64,000 nt of DNA from an uncultured delta proteobacterium (GTDB lineage: Bacteria; Myxococcota; Myxococcia; Myxococcales; Anaeromyxobacteraceae), in the NCBI GenBank assembly GCA_963828235.1, contig CAWHDY010000001.1:94920-158919 (forward strand). Reading direction: 5' to 3'. Below the pieces are notes generated by a model. That model worked only from the letters and a program-made list of their open reading frames with translations. It ran no database searches and was not told the DNA's origin. The translations under genes were made by a program, and so were the position numbers. This document shows positions 1 through 10,676 of the stretch, piece by piece. How positions within the stretch are numbered: position 1 is the stretch's first letter; each line of letters starts with the position of its first letter.

Positions 1-546
1 GCGGCGGTGCAGATCGCCGTCCGCCGCCCGAAGTAGCGGCCGCGGACGCGCGCGGGGACGAGGTCGCCCATCCACGCCACCCAGCCGTTGTTGCAGGCGA
101 TGCCGAGCCCGTGGTGGGCGGCCGCCATCGCGACGAGCAGCGCGCGCGCCGGGCCCGGTCCGACCGGCAGGAACGGGAGGAAGACGAGCGGGAGGAACGC
201 CTGCCGCGAGAGCGCGACCGCCACGAGCGCGACGCGCCGGGGGCCGTAGCGCGCGGTCAGCCGCGCCGCCGGCAGCTGCACGAGCTGCGCGAGGAACGGG
301 AGCGCGCCGAGGAGGCCGATGAGCGCCGCGCCGCAGCCGAGGTGGAGCGCCCACCCGGTGATCGCCGCGCCGCCGGTGCACGCGGCGACGACCTCCGCCG
401 CGACCCCCTCCGCCGTGGACGCGCCGAGCGAGCGCCGGAGCGCGCTCGGCGGCCGCGACCCGCGCGCGGCGGGCGGCGCGACGAGCGTGGATCGGGCGCG
501 GGACCTGGCTTCGGAGCGAGGGCGCAGCGAGCGGGAGGGCGGGCAT
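1..546 (-). CDS. MFS-type membrane transporter, N-terminal part (runs off the window)
   Basis: Minus frame reads ALRRSLGASTAEGVAAEVV...LIGLLGALPFLAQLVQL...NNGWVAWMGDLVPARVRGRYFGRRTAIC, with hydrophobic helices and an MFS-like WMGDLVP..RGRYFG motif. Start uncertain: ATG 546 is out of frame (possible 2-nt indel near 440), and there is an in-frame GTG at 566. Confidence 0.7.
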   Translation of the reverse strand, partial: MPALPLAAPSLRSQVPRPIHARRAARRARVAAAERAPALARRVHGGGGRGGGRRRVHRRRGDHRVGAPPRLRRGAHRPPRRAPVPRAARAAAGGAADRALRPPARRARGGRALAAGVPPARLPPVPAGRTGPGARAARRDGGRPPRARHRLQQRLGGVDGRPRPRARPRPLLRAADGDLHRR

Positions 547-683
547 GGTGGCGAGCGGGCCACCACTGTACGTCCCGGCGGGCGCCCGTTCCACGGACGG
601 GCCGCCGAGCCCACGCCTCCGCGCTCACCTCCACCCACGCGGACGCACCGCTCCCCGGCGCCCGCTCGCCGCCACCGCGCGCC

Positions 684-2303
684 CTACCTCGCGGACGCCG
701 GGCTCGCCGCGCCCGGGCGCGGCGCCAGCTCCGCCACGTAGACGCCGGCCCGCTTCGGGTGGACGACGACGTACGCGATCCGGAGCGGCTCGCTCCCGAG
801 GAGGTGCGTCGAGCCCGGGAGGACCGCGGTGTCGATCTTCGTGACCTTGCCCGCCTCCCACACGCCGACGTCCAGGGCGGCGAGGTCCATCCGCTGCCAG
901 GTCAAGAGCACGGCGCCGCGGCTCCCCTCGAACTCGAAGCTCTTCACGCCGGCCGCGACGACCTCCGGCTTCGCCCCCTGCGTCGCGACCGGGACCCGCT
1001 CGAGGTCGCAGGCCTCCGCGTTCCGGACGCAGCGCGTCCGGTAGTAGAGCCAGCTCCCGTCCGGCGAGAAGGCGAAGCCGAACACGCCCTGCGCCACGCG
1101 CGCGGGCTCCTCCTTCCCCGCCGCGTCCGCGCGCGCGAGGCCGAGGTCCACCGAGTAGCCGCCGCGGGTCGTGTGCTGCAGGAACGCGACGAACCGGCCG
1201 TCCGGCGAGATCTCGAAGTCCGTGACGTTCTGGCCGAACGTGCGGGGCGCGAGCTCGGGGCCGCCCGTCCCGACGGCTCCCGCCCGCACCCGCGCGTCGT
1301 ACTTCTCGAGCCAGGCGAGGCGGCTCGCCCCGCTCGCCCACCGGAACTCGCCGACCTCGCGCGCGAGGACCACGTCGCGGCGGCCCGGCCCGCCGACGTG
1401 CAGGTTCCCCTGCTTGCCCGGGATCACGTCGCCGACGAACGCCAGCGCCCGGCCGTCGTGAGAGAACGCGAAGCTCTGCACGCGACGCCCGACCTCGGCG
1501 GCCTGCTGCGGGCGACGGCCGGCGGCGACCGCCGCCGGGGCGACCTTCAGCACCGCGCCCTCGCGATCCTGGATCGTGTACGCGACCGCCCTCCCCGGCC
1601 CGAACACGTAGTCTCCGACGCGCCCCGGCTCGATCGGGCGCGCCTCGTCGAGGGCGCAGCGCGCGGCGAGCAGCGCCCCGCCGCTCGCGTGCGTCCGGCG
1701 GGCGAGGAGCCTCGGGCCGTCGTCGCCTCCCGCGCCGCACGCGCCCTGGATCCCGGGCGCGAAGTCGAAGCTCGCGATCGCGTCCGCGCCCGCCACCGGG
1801 CGCGGGGAGGCGTCCGCGGGGAGCAGCACGGAGAGCTTCCCCCGCGCGACGAGCCCGAGCTCCCCGTTCGCCCCGAACCCGAAGAAGGTGACGCCGTCCG
1901 AGAGCGTCCGGACGACTCCGGCCCGCCAGACGACGAGGGTCCCGCTCGCGCCCGCGTGGTCGAAGTCGGCGAGCGCCGCGAGCGTCTTGCCGTCCGGGCT
2001 CCAGGCGATCCCGTGCGGGAGGGTCGTGACCCCCGCCGCGATCCGGGTCGCGTCGCCGCCGGCCGCGGCGACGACCCGCAGGTCGCAGCGCGCGGTGCGC
2101 GGCGGGAGGAACTGCGCGTTCACGTCCTGGCAGCCGTCGAGGAACGCGAGCACGGCGCCGTCCGGCGACGCCGAGAGCGCGCGCACCGTGCCGCTCCAGA
2201 CGGCGCGCCCGAGCCCGGCGGCGGGTTCCTTCGCCCTGTCCGGCCTGCAGCCCGCGATCAGGGCGAGGGAGAGGGCGACGGCGGCAGCGGTGCGGTGAGC
2301 CAC
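684..2303 (-). CDS. aglU: WD40/TolB-like beta-propeller lipoprotein, AglU-like
   Basis: GTG start, lipobox-like LIAGC, repeated xSPDG propeller motifs ([27 protein letters not shown]). Lies directly downstream of small-form gid/trmFO, the arrangement reported for M. xanthus aglU. Confidence 0.75.
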   Translation of the reverse strand: MAHRTAAAVALSLALIAGCRPDRAKEPAAGLGRAVWSGTVRALSASPDGAVLAFLDGCQDVNAQFLPPRTARCDLRVVAAAGGDATRIAAGVTTLPHGIAWSPDGKTLAALADFDHAGASGTLVVWRAGVVRTLSDGVTFFGFGANGELGLVARGKLSVLLPADASPRPVAGADAIASFDFAPGIQGACGAGGDDGPRLLARRTHASGGALLAARCALDEARPIEPGRVGDYVFGPGRAVAYTIQDREGAVLKVAPAAVAAGRRPQQAAEVGRRVQSFAFSHDGRALAFVGDVIPGKQGNLHVGGPGRRDVVLAREVGEFRWASGASRLAWLEKYDARVRAGAVGTGGPELAPRTFGQNVTDFEISPDGRFVAFLQHTTRGGYSVDLGLARADAAGKEEPARVAQGVFGFAFSPDGSWLYYRTRCVRNAEACDLERVPVATQGAKPEVVAAGVKSFEFEGSRGAVLLTWQRMDLAALDVGVWEAGKVTKIDTAVLPGSTHLLGSEPLRIAYVVVHPKRAGVYVAELAPRPGAASPASAR

Positions 2304-3607
2304 GGCTCGATCTCCTTGCGGGCGCGCTCCGCGTACGCCTCCTTGCGGGCCGCCTTGCCACGGTGGCGGCCGGTGAGAGGCGGGAACAGGGCGAACACCA
2401 CGTTCGACGGCTGGTAATCGTACCCCGGCGGATGGGCCTCGCCCGTCACGTGCCGGTGGAGCGCCCCCATTGCGGTCGCCGCCGGGGGTGCGCGGAACGG
2501 CCGCCCGGCGAGCCGGTCCAGGATGGCCCGGGCGGCGAGCAGGCCGCAGGCGGCGGACTCGACGTAGCCCTCGACGCCGGTGATCTGGCCCGCGAAGAAG
2601 AGGTGCGGCCTCGCGCGGGCGGACAGGTCGGGGGAGAGGACCCGCGGCGCGTCGAGGAACGTGTTCCGGTGGATCTGCCCGAGGCGCAGGAACTCGGCGC
2701 CGGCGAGCCCCGGCAGGAAGGTCCGGAAGATCCGCCGCTGCTCCGGCCAGGTGAGCCGGGTCTGGAAGCCGACGAGGTTGTACGCCGTCCCGGCGGCGTC
2801 CTCGCGCCGGAGCTGGACGACCGCGTGCGGGCGTCGGCCGGTTCGCGGGTCCTCGAGGCCGACGGGCTTCATCGGCCCGTGCGAGAGCACCTCGAGACCG
2901 CGCTCCGCCATCACCTCGATCGGCAGGCACCCCTCGAAGTAGCGCAGCTCCTCGAACGCGTGCGGCGTGACCTTCTCGCCGGCGACGAGCGCCGCGACGA
3001 ACGACCGGTACTGGGCCTCGTCGAGGGGGAGGTTCAGGTAGTCGTCGCCATTCCCCTTCCCCCACCGCGAGAGCGCGTACGCGATCCCCATGTCGACGGA
3101 GTCCGCCGCGACGATCGGCGCGATCGCGTCGTAGAAGTGGAGCCGCGCACCCGCCAGCGCGGCGATCTCCGCCGCGAGCCGGTCGGACGTGAGCGGACCG
3201 GTCGCGACGAGCGCGATCCCGGGTGGAGGGGGCAGCGCGTCCACCTCGGCCTCGCGGAGCGTCACGAAGGGGCTCCCTCGCAGGCGCTGCGTCACGAGGC
3301 GGCTGAACGACTCCCGATCCACGGCGAGCGCGTCCCCCGCCGGGACGCGGGTCGCGTCGGCCGCGGCGAGGACGAGGCTCCCGAGGCGCCGCAGCTCCTC
3401 GTGCAGCAACCCCACGGCGTTCGCGGGGTTGTCGGAGCGCAGGGAGTTCGAGCAGACCAGCTCGGCGAGCCCGTCGAGGACGTGGGCGGGGGAGCGGCGC
3501 GCGGGCTTCATCTCGACGAGCTCGACGGCGACCCCGGCGCGCGCGAGCTGCCAGGCCGCCTCGCTGCCCGCGAGCCCGCCTCCCACGACCGTGATCCGCG
3601 CCGTCAT
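2258..3607 (-). CDS. trmFO: FAD-dependent tRNA (uracil-54) methyltransferase TrmFO (small Gid)
   Basis: [15 protein letters not shown] motif, [34 protein letters not shown]; SD GAGGAGG upstream. Confidence 0.96.
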   Translation of the reverse strand: MTARITVVGGGLAGSEAAWQLARAGVAVELVEMKPARRSPAHVLDGLAELVCSNSLRSDNPANAVGLLHEELRRLGSLVLAAADATRVPAGDALAVDRESFSRLVTQRLRGSPFVTLREAEVDALPPPPGIALVATGPLTSDRLAAEIAALAGARLHFYDAIAPIVAADSVDMGIAYALSRWGKGNGDDYLNLPLDEAQYRSFVAALVAGEKVTPHAFEELRYFEGCLPIEVMAERGLEVLSHGPMKPVGLEDPRTGRRPHAVVQLRREDAAGTAYNLVGFQTRLTWPEQRRIFRTFLPGLAGAEFLRLGQIHRNTFLDAPRVLSPDLSARARPHLFFAGQITGVEGYVESAACGLLAARAILDRLAGRPFRAPPAATAMGALHRHVTGEAHPPGYDYQPSNVVFALFPPLTGRHRGKAARKEAYAERARKEIEPWLTAPLPPSPSPSP

Positions 3608-3852
3608 GCCCAACGAACCTCCTCGGCCCCCTGGCGGCCTGCCGTCCCCACGCTTACCGTAACGCCGCCCCCGCCGTGGCCTCCCCGCCGACGGGTGCGC
3701 AGATTGCCCGCTGGGCGCGTCCGGCTGCCCGGCGCGGATGGCGGCGTTCGGGGGGGAGGCCGGGGGACGGACGCGCTCCTCCGCCTGAGTCGCGGCGCGA
3801 GCGCATGACGAGTTCGGGGCCCCATGTACCGCCCCGCTGAGAGGATCGCAAC

Positions 3853-4236
3853 GTGAGCGACAAGATCGCCGAGTCCGCGAGGACCGAGCTGCAGCGCCGC
3901 CGCCGGGTGATCCTGGAGACCAGCCGCCGCGCCGACGCGGAGCTGGAGGCGCTGCGCGCCGCGCAGCGCGTCCCCGAGTTCGAGGAGGGGGCGCAGTCCG
4001 AGCACGAGCAGTTCACGCTCGCGCGGCTCTCCGAGACGCAGCGGCGGGAGATCCTGCAGATCGACGCGGCGCTCGCGCGCCTCGACGCGGGGGAGTACGG
4101 CGTGTGCCGCGACTGCGGGGCCGAGATCGATCCGCGCCGCCTCCGCGCGCTCCCGTACGCGACGCTCTGCACCGAGTGCGCCTCCCACCAGGAGCGCGCG
4201 CCGAGCGCGGTCGTCGAGGAGCCGCCGACGCTGTAG
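3853..4236 (+). CDS. DksA/TraR family C4 zinc-finger protein
   Basis: Coiled coil followed by [23 protein letters not shown]...[14 protein letters not shown]. Confidence 0.9.
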   Translation: MSDKIAESARTELQRRRRVILETSRRADAELEALRAAQRVPEFEEGAQSEHEQFTLARLSETQRREILQIDAALARLDAGEYGVCRDCGAEIDPRRLRALPYATLCTECASHQERAPSAVVEEPPTL

Positions 4237-4274
4237 CCGCCCGGCGCCGGGCCGCGACGCGCAGCCGGAGGGCG

Positions 4275-6713
4275 CTACGCGGTCTGCTGCTGCGGCGCCT
4301 CCCGGCGGTAGTCGCACTCCTTGTTCGGGCAGGCGACGAACGGGCCGGTGCTCTTCGAGAACTTGTCGAGCAGGTAGGCGCTGCCGCACGTCGGGCAGGC
4401 CTCGTTCCGCGGCCGGTCCCAGGACACGAAGTCGCACTTCGGGTACGACGAGCAGCCGTAGAAGGTGCGGCCGCGGCGCGAGCGCTTCTCGCTCACGTAG
4501 CCGCCACAGGCCTTCGGGCACGTGACGCCGATCGAGACCGGCTTCGTGCCCTTGCACTCCGGGTAGCGCGTGCAGGCGAGGAACCGGCCGAACCGGCCGC
4601 GCTTCATCACCATCGGCGCCGAGCACTCCGGGCACTTCTCGTCGGTGGGGACGTCCTCCTCCTTCACCGCCACGATCTTGCCGTCGTCGTCGCGCCGGAA
4701 GTTCATGGTGTTCCGGCACTCGGGGTAGCCGGGACACGCGAGGAACTCGCCGTTCCGGCCCCACTTGATGACCATCTTGCGCTCGCCGCACTTCTCGCAG
4801 ACGAGATCGGTCTCGATCTCCTGCTTCTTCACGTTGCGCATGTTCTTGCGCGCGTTCTCGAGGTCGTCCTTGAACGTGTCGTAGAACTCGCGCAGCACGG
4901 TCTGCCACTTCGCGTTGCCGTCCTCGACCTCGTCGAGCTTCTCCTCCATCCCGGCCGTGAACGCGACGTCCATCTCGCGCGGGAAGGCCCGCACCAGCTC
5001 GTCGGTCACGAGCGTGCCGAGGTGGGTGGGCTTGAAGTTCTTCTCCACCTTCTCGACGTACGTCTTCTCCTGGATCGTCTCGAGGATGGCGGCGTAGGTG
5101 GAGGGCCGGCCGATGCCGCGCTGCTCCATCTCCTTCACGAGGGACGACTCGTTGTAGCGGGGCGGGGGCTGGGTGAAGTGCTGCTCGGGGTGGAGCTGCA
5201 CGAGCCGGAGCTCCTCGCCCGCCTCGAGCGGCGGGAGCTGCCGCTCCTCGTTCTTCTTGTCCGCGTCGCGGTCGGCGTCGTCCTTCTTCTCGTCCTCCGC
5301 CCCGGCCTCCTCCTCCGGCGGCTTCGCGCCGTACACCGCGAGGTAGCCCGGGAACTTGAGGATCGAACCGGTGGCGCGGAACGTCGCCCGCCCGGCCGAG
5401 ATGTCCGCGGCGGTCTGGTCGTAGACCGCCGGCACCATCTGGCAGGCGACGAACCGGTTCCACACGAGCTCGTAGAGCCGGAACATGTCCCGCTCGCCGA
5501 TCTGCTCGAAGAACGGCGCGACGCGCTCGGGGGTCCACTGGAGGTCCGTCGGGCGGACCGCCTCGTGCGCCTCCTGCGCCGACTTCGCCTTCGTCTTGTA
5601 GACGTTCGCCGTCTCCGGGAGGTGGTCCTTCCCGTAGCGCTCGGCGATGTGGACGCGGGCCGCGTCCACCGCCTCGGTCGAGAGGCGGACCGAGTCCGTG
5701 CGCATGTACGTGATGAGGCCGACCGTCTCGTCCCCGAGCTCCACGCCCTCGTACAGCCGCTGCGCGAGGGTCATGGTCTTCTTCGCGGTGAACCCGAGCC
5801 GGTTCGCCGCCTCCTGCTGCAGCTTCGCGGTCGTGAACGGGGGCGGCGCGTTCCGGCGCCGCTCCTTGCGGTCCACCGTCTCGACCACGAAGCGGGCGCC
5901 GCGGACCTCCGCCTCGAGGCCCCGCGTCGTCGCCTCGTCCTTCAGCTCGGCCTTCTTGCCGTCGACCTTCGCGAGCTTCGCCGTGAACTCGGGCGGGAGC
6001 CGCGCCGCGAGGTCGGCGTCGAGGGACCAGTACTCCTCCGGCTTGAACGCCTCGATCTCGCGCTCCCGCTCCACCACGAGCCGGACGGCGACCGACTGGA
6101 CGCGGCCGGCGGAGAGCCCGCGCCGGACGTTGTCCCAGAGGAGCGGGCTGATCTGGTACCCGACGATCCGGTCCAGGATGCGGCGCGCCTGCTGCGAGTC
6201 GAACTTCTTCCGGTCCAGGTCGATGGGGTGATCGATCGCCTTCAGGATCGCGGTCTTCGTGATCTCGTTGAAGAGGACCCGCCGGACGCGGGCGTCGCCG
6301 CCCGCGGCGCCGATCTCCTCGGAGATGTGCCAGGCGATCGCCTCGCCCTCCCGGTCGGGGTCGGTCGCGAGGAACACGCTCGAGGCGCCGCGCGCCGCCC
6401 GCTTGATCTCCGAGAGGACCTTCGCCTTCCCCTTGATGACGTCGTACTCGGGCTCGAAGGACCCGCCGTCGATGTCGACCCCCATCTTCGACTTGGGCAG
6501 GTCCTTCACGTGCCCGACGGACGCGAGCACGTCGAAGGCGCGCCCCAGGTACTTCTTGATGGTCTTCGCCTTCGCGGGGGACTCCACGATGACGAGGCTC
6601 GGGCCGTCGCCGCCGCCCTTGCGGGTCCGCTTCGGGGTCGCCGTCGCCTTCACCGCGCGAGCGGCCTTCGCCTTCTTCGCGCCCTTGGCGGTGTCCGTCG
6701 TCGCTGTCGCCAT
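4275..6713 (-). CDS. topA: DNA topoisomerase I
   Basis: LVIVESPAKAKTIKKYLG, LATDPDREGEAIA, SAGRVQS, LITYMRTDS, GIGRPSTY and C-terminal C4 zinc ribbons; ATG at 6713. Confidence 0.98.
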   Translation of the reverse strand: MATATTDTAKGAKKAKAARAVKATATPKRTRKGGGDGPSLVIVESPAKAKTIKKYLGRAFDVLASVGHVKDLPKSKMGVDIDGGSFEPEYDVIKGKAKVLSEIKRAARGASSVFLATDPDREGEAIAWHISEEIGAAGGDARVRRVLFNEITKTAILKAIDHPIDLDRKKFDSQQARRILDRIVGYQISPLLWDNVRRGLSAGRVQSVAVRLVVEREREIEAFKPEEYWSLDADLAARLPPEFTAKLAKVDGKKAELKDEATTRGLEAEVRGARFVVETVDRKERRRNAPPPFTTAKLQQEAANRLGFTAKKTMTLAQRLYEGVELGDETVGLITYMRTDSVRLSTEAVDAARVHIAERYGKDHLPETANVYKTKAKSAQEAHEAVRPTDLQWTPERVAPFFEQIGERDMFRLYELVWNRFVACQMVPAVYDQTAADISAGRATFRATGSILKFPGYLAVYGAKPPEEEAGAEDEKKDDADRDADKKNEERQLPPLEAGEELRLVQLHPEQHFTQPPPRYNESSLVKEMEQRGIGRPSTYAAILETIQEKTYVEKVEKNFKPTHLGTLVTDELVRAFPREMDVAFTAGMEEKLDEVEDGNAKWQTVLREFYDTFKDDLENARKNMRNVKKQEIETDLVCEKCGERKMVIKWGRNGEFLACPGYPECRNTMNFRRDDDGKIVAVKEEDVPTDEKCPECSAPMVMKRGRFGRFLACTRYPECKGTKPVSIGVTCPKACGGYVSEKRSRRGRTFYGCSSYPKCDFVSWDRPRNEACPTCGSAYLLDKFSKSTGPFVACPNKECDYRREAPQQQTA

Positions 6714-6724
6714 CCGTCTCCTCT

Positions 6725-7588
6725 TCATTGGTTCCGGCGCAGAAAGTAGTGGCCCGGGCGCTGCTCGCACAACCCGCGCACCTCCAGGGCGAGGAGGCCC
6801 GCGAGCGCGGCCCCCGGCCCGAGCCTCGCGGCCCGCGCCACCTCGTCCGCGTGGCGGGGGCGCCGCGCGAGCGCGGACAGCAGCGCCGCCTCGTCCCCTC
6901 CGACCGCGGGGAGCGGCAGCTGACGCGCGGGCGACCCCTCGAGGCCGAGCACCGCGAGGACGTCCTGCGCCGACGCCACCGCGCGCGCGTCCCCCCGCAG
7001 GAGCGCCGTCGTCCCGGCGGAGAGCGGATCGCGCACGTCGCCCGGGACCGCGAGCACCGGCACGCCCTGCGAGCGCGCCCACGCCGCCGTGATCAGCGCG
7101 CCGCTCCCCTCGCCCGCGCGGACGACCACGACCGCCTCCGCGAGGGCGGAGACGATCCGGTTCCGGCGCGGGAAGTGGCGCTTCAGCCCCGGCGTCCCGT
7201 CCGGAAGCTCCGAGAGGAGCGCGCCCCCCGCGGCGAGGATCCGCTCGAACAGGGCGCGGTGCCGCGGCGGGTACACGACGTCGACGCCGGTGCCGAGCAC
7301 CGCGACGGTGTGACCGCCCGCGTCCAGGGCGGCGTCGTGCGCCGCCGCGTCGATCCCGAGCGCGCCGCCCGAGACGACGGAGATCCCCGCCCGCGCGAGG
7401 CCGGTCGCGAGGTCGCGGGCGACGTCGACGCCGTACTCGTCGGGGAGCCGCGACCCCACGATCGCGACCCGCCGCCGGTCACCGAGCGAGCCGCGCAGCC
7501 GCAGCTCGGCCGGCCGCTCCGCGATCAGCGCGAGCGCGTCGGGGTACTGGCCGTCGCCCGGCCGGAGCGTGCGCGCCGCCTCCTCCAT
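6725..7588 (-). CDS. dprA: DNA-processing protein DprA (Smf)
   Basis: VAIVGSR, VVSGGALGIDAAAH, AVLGTGVDVVYP, FPRRNRIVSAL, SGALITA and a C-terminal winged helix; directly upstream of topA. Confidence 0.95.
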   Translation of the reverse strand: MEEAARTLRPGDGQYPDALALIAERPAELRLRGSLGDRRRVAIVGSRLPDEYGVDVARDLATGLARAGISVVSGGALGIDAAAHDAALDAGGHTVAVLGTGVDVVYPPRHRALFERILAAGGALLSELPDGTPGLKRHFPRRNRIVSALAEAVVVVRAGEGSGALITAAWARSQGVPVLAVPGDVRDPLSAGTTALLRGDARAVASAQDVLAVLGLEGSPARQLPLPAVGGDEAALLSALARRPRHADEVARAARLGPGAALAGLLALEVRGLCEQRPGHYFLRRNQ

Positions 7589-7598
7589 GGAGCCGGGG

Positions 7599-7627
7599 CA
7601 TATACCGGCGGGGTGACAACCGGTCAA
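7599..7627 (-). promoter_or_regulatory. Sigma70-like promoter for dprA-topA (TTGACC-N17-TATATG), near-leaderless
   Basis: TTGACC (7627-7622), 17 nt spacer, TATATG (7604-7599), 10 nt before the dprA ATG; no SD. Confidence 0.5.
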
Positions 7628-7695
7628 GGCGGCGCCGCGAGCGGGCGGGCCCCGGGCGACCGGCCGTCGCGGGTCCGGAGCGCGCGCCGGAGCCA

Positions 7696-7730
7696 CCCCG
7701 ACGCGACGAGAAAGCCGTGTGACGTCGGGG
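7696..7730 (-). terminator. 8-bp inverted repeat right after the tsaP stop (possible terminator or processing hairpin)
   Basis: CCCCGACG (7696-7703) and CGTCGGGG (7723-7730); no U-tract. Confidence 0.3.
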
Positions 7731-7732
7731 AC

Positions 7733-9016
7733 TTAATTTCCGCCCGCCCCCGCGTCGGGGCGCATCTCCACCCGATCGCCGACCACGAGCTCCTTCATGC
7801 TCTTCGTGACGAGCGCCGCCGACGCCTTCTCCTTCACGTCGATGACGAGGAGATCGCCGACCGCCTCGATCGGGAGGCTCGGGTCCCAGGTCGCGCGGTA
7901 CGGGTTCTTGCCGTACTGGTCGCCCGAGCGGAGGACCGTGAAGACGTTCCCCTCCTGCACGCCGTCCCGCTCGCCGCGGTCCAGGAACACGACGTGGTGC
8001 TCGCCCATCTGCGTGACCACGTCGACCTGCGCGGCGATGATCCGGCCCGCGACGGCCTGCCGGTTCGGCCTGCGATCGACCGGCCGGAGGAACTTCTGCG
8101 TCCACGGCCCGAGCAGGGCGCCGCGCTCGATGGGCTCGAAGGTCTGCGCGATCTCGAGCGTCGCCGCGCGGTCGTCCACCGCGGTCACCTTCGCGGAGCC
8201 GAGCACGACCGACTGGTAGCCGAACAGCTCCTTCGTCTGCGGGTGGTAGATCGGACGCTCCGTCTTGTAGACCACGTACGTCTCGCCGACCTTCACCTCG
8301 GCGGGCTTGTCGAAGCGGGCGTACGCGCGGTCGCGCGAGCTCAGCATGAGCTTCTCCTCGAACGAGGCGCGGAGCGAGCCCGACTCCGCGAGCTCGCGCG
8401 GGGTCACGAAGCTGTCGTGCCGCGCCATGCGCGAGCGCGGCGGGACGTAGCCGACCTTGTACGGTCCGGCGACCGCGACCGCCTCCGACTGCTCGACCGT
8501 GGCCGGGGCCCTGAGGTCCGCCCGGGAGAAGTCCTCGAGCTCCTTCACCGGCGCCGAGTCGCCGGCCTCCTCGTCCTCGGCCACCGCCGAGGACGCGTCC
8601 GCGATGGGGGTGCCCGCGCCCACCGGCTCGACGCGGGTGGGCGCCTCCTCCGAGGCCGGGTAGAACTTGAGGAGGTTCCCCGGGTAGATCCAGTGCGGGT
8701 TCGAGACCTCCGGGTTGTACGACCAGATCTTCGGCCAGTACCAGGGGTTGTTGAGGAACCGGCCGGACAGGTCCCACAGCGTGTCGCCGGGCTTCACCGT
8801 GTACGTGTCGGGCGGCGGAACCGCGCCCGGCGCGGGCGCGTCGGGGCTCGTCGCGAGCGGCGCGTCGAGCGGGGCAGCCTCCATCCCGGCCGGCTCCTGC
8901 GCCGGGCGCGCCTGCGGCGCGGGCGGGGGTGGCTGGCCGCCCGGCGGCGGTGCTCCCTGCGCGAGCGCGAGAGCGGGGACGAGCGCCAGCAGGGCGACGA
9001 CGTTCGTGCGGATCAT
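7733..9016 (-). CDS. tsaP: LysM peptidoglycan-binding protein, TsaP-like (type IV pilus secretin-associated)
   Basis: Signal peptide, LysM motif YTVKPGDTLWDLSGRFLNNPWYWPKIWSYNPEVSNPHWIYPG, C-terminal beta domains; adjacent to dprA as is typical for tsaP. Confidence 0.75.
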   Translation of the reverse strand: MIRTNVVALLALVPALALAQGAPPPGGQPPPPAPQARPAQEPAGMEAAPLDAPLATSPDAPAPGAVPPPDTYTVKPGDTLWDLSGRFLNNPWYWPKIWSYNPEVSNPHWIYPGNLLKFYPASEEAPTRVEPVGAGTPIADASSAVAEDEEAGDSAPVKELEDFSRADLRAPATVEQSEAVAVAGPYKVGYVPPRSRMARHDSFVTPRELAESGSLRASFEEKLMLSSRDRAYARFDKPAEVKVGETYVVYKTERPIYHPQTKELFGYQSVVLGSAKVTAVDDRAATLEIAQTFEPIERGALLGPWTQKFLRPVDRRPNRQAVAGRIIAAQVDVVTQMGEHHVVFLDRGERDGVQEGNVFTVLRSGDQYGKNPYRATWDPSLPIEAVGDLLVIDVKEKASAALVTKSMKELVVGDRVEMRPDAGAGGN

Positions 9017-9867
9017 GGACCGCTCCTTGCCGGGCCTTCCGGCGTCTCGCCGGTGCGCCCGGAGATCGTTGCGAGGCGCGTCCCGGCGCGTGCCGCGGCC
9101 GGGGTCCTCGGGAACTCGCTGACGAGCCGCTCGAGCAGCCTGCGCTCGGCCTCGCGCGCGCCGCGCCGCGACTCGCACCACGCGAGGCGCTCGAGCGCCT
9201 CGCTCAGCGCGTCGCCCGCGGGGTAGTCGGCGGCGGCCCGGCGCGCCAGGTCGCAGGCCGCGTCCGCCCGGCCGACGTCGGCCGACGCGGCGGACGCCTC
9301 GACGAGCGCGTTGTCGGCGGAGGGGTGGCGCGGGTACCGGGTGGCGAACTCCTCGAGCGCGCGTGCGCGCTCGTCGCCCTTCAGTCCCCGGGCGCGGCGC
9401 AGCTCGGCGTCGGACTCCGCCGCGATGTCCCGGCCGCCGCGTCGCGCGAGCGCCTCGATCCGCTCGGGATCGGGCGGCGAGATCGGGACGGCGGTGGAGA
9501 TCGGGGGCGCGACGCGCGCGGAGCGCTCCGCGGCGGGCTCCTCTCCGGCACGGTGCGCGCCGCGCGCGGCGACCGGCGCTCGCGGCTCCATCCGCACGAC
9601 GGCGAGGTCCGGAGGGATCACCGGGGCCTTCTCCGCGTCGTCCTTGTCCCTGGCGGGGTGCGCGGGCGCGCGCGCGAGCCGGGTCGAGAGCGCCTCGACG
9701 CGCGAGGAGAGGTCCTCCACGCGCCGGGCGAGATCCTCGTTGTCCCGGTGCAGCGCACGGACCTCTCCCTGCAGGGCGTCCATGTCCCGTCGCGCGACGT
9801 CTCCTCCCCCAGCGCAGCCGACGAGGAGGAGGAGCGCCGCGGGAGCCTCTCGCGCGCGCAGTCGCAA
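9013..9867 (-). CDS. cpoB: CpoB/YbgF-like TPR lipoprotein
   Basis: Lipobox LLVGC, N-terminal coiled coil, TPR repeats (FATRYPRHPSADNAL, DYPAGDALSEAL, LVSEFPRTPAA). Confidence 0.7.
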   Translation of the reverse strand: MRLRAREAPAALLLLVGCAGGGDVARRDMDALQGEVRALHRDNEDLARRVEDLSSRVEALSTRLARAPAHPARDKDDAEKAPVIPPDLAVVRMEPRAPVAARGAHRAGEEPAAERSARVAPPISTAVPISPPDPERIEALARRGGRDIAAESDAELRRARGLKGDERARALEEFATRYPRHPSADNALVEASAASADVGRADAACDLARRAAADYPAGDALSEALERLAWCESRRGAREAERRLLERLVSEFPRTPAAARAGTRLATISGRTGETPEGPARSGP

Positions 9868-9899
9868 ACCGGAAAAGTGTAAGGGAGTCTAGGATTTCG

Positions 9900-10676
9900 T
9901 CAAGGAACGGGCCCGGCGGGCGTAGGTGCGCGTGGGGCGATGAAGGCGAGCTGCCGCCCCGTTCGCCCTGCGTCCCTGCGGTGCGAGAAGAAGTGGTCCC
10001 GCTCGCACGCGGTGCACCGCCGGAGCAGCTCGACCCGGTCCTCGGGGACCCCCGCCGCGGCGAGGACCTCCGCGTTCGCCCGCCACAGGTCGACCCGGGG
10101 CCGCTCGCCCTCGCGGACCACGGCGGGGCCGAGCTCGTCCCGGAAGCGAGCCGCGAGGTCCTGCGAGACCTCGTAGCAGCACGGCCCGATGGACGGCCCG
10201 ACCGCGGCGAGGAGCCGCGCCGGCGGCGCGCCGGCCTCGCGCCCGAGCGCGGCGACCGCAGCGGCCGCGGCGCGCGCGAGCGTCCCGCGCCAGCCCGCGT
10301 GGACGGCGGCGACGACCCCGCTCTCCGGGTCCGCGACGAGCACCGGGACGCAGTCGGCGACCGACACGCAGGCCGCGATCCCCTCGGCGACCGAGAGCAC
10401 GACGTCGGCCTCGTCGGTCGGCTCGCACGCCGCGCGCGCCGTCAGGACGCGCGCCCCGTGGACCTGCCGCGCGCGCGCGAAGCCGAGGCCGGTCGCCCGC
10501 TCCAGGCGGCGCCAGTTCGCCGCGACGTCCGCGGGGGCGTCGCCGACCGCGAGCCCCAGGTTGAGGCGATCGAACGGCGGTCCGGAGACGCCGCCGGCGC
10601 GGGTCGTGAAGCCGTGGCGGAACGCCGCGAGCAGCGGGCTCTCGAGGATCCCCATGGCAGGAGGCGGGCGACTCAC
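9900..10676 (-). CDS. pgeF: Peptidoglycan editing factor / purine nucleoside phosphorylase, YfiH-PgeF family
   Basis: HGFTTRAGGVS, RQVHG, VADCVPVL, AVHAGWRG, GPSIGPCCYEV, FFSHRR; GTGA overlap with the upstream stop. Confidence 0.93.
   Translation of the reverse strand: MSRPPPAMGILESPLLAAFRHGFTTRAGGVSGPPFDRLNLGLAVGDAPADVAANWRRLERATGLGFARARQVHGARVLTARAACEPTDEADVVLSVAEGIAACVSVADCVPVLVADPESGVVAAVHAGWRGTLARAAAAAVAALGREAGAPPARLLAAVGPSIGPCCYEVSQDLAARFRDELGPAVVREGERPRVDLWRANAEVLAAAGVPEDRVELLRRCTACERDHFFSHRRDAGRTGRQLAFIAPRAPTPAGPVP

Noticed and set aside
430-570. Frameshift near the start of the MFS gene
   Set aside because: ATG 546 would need a 2-nt correction, but an in-frame GTG at 566 exists; undecidable without homologs.
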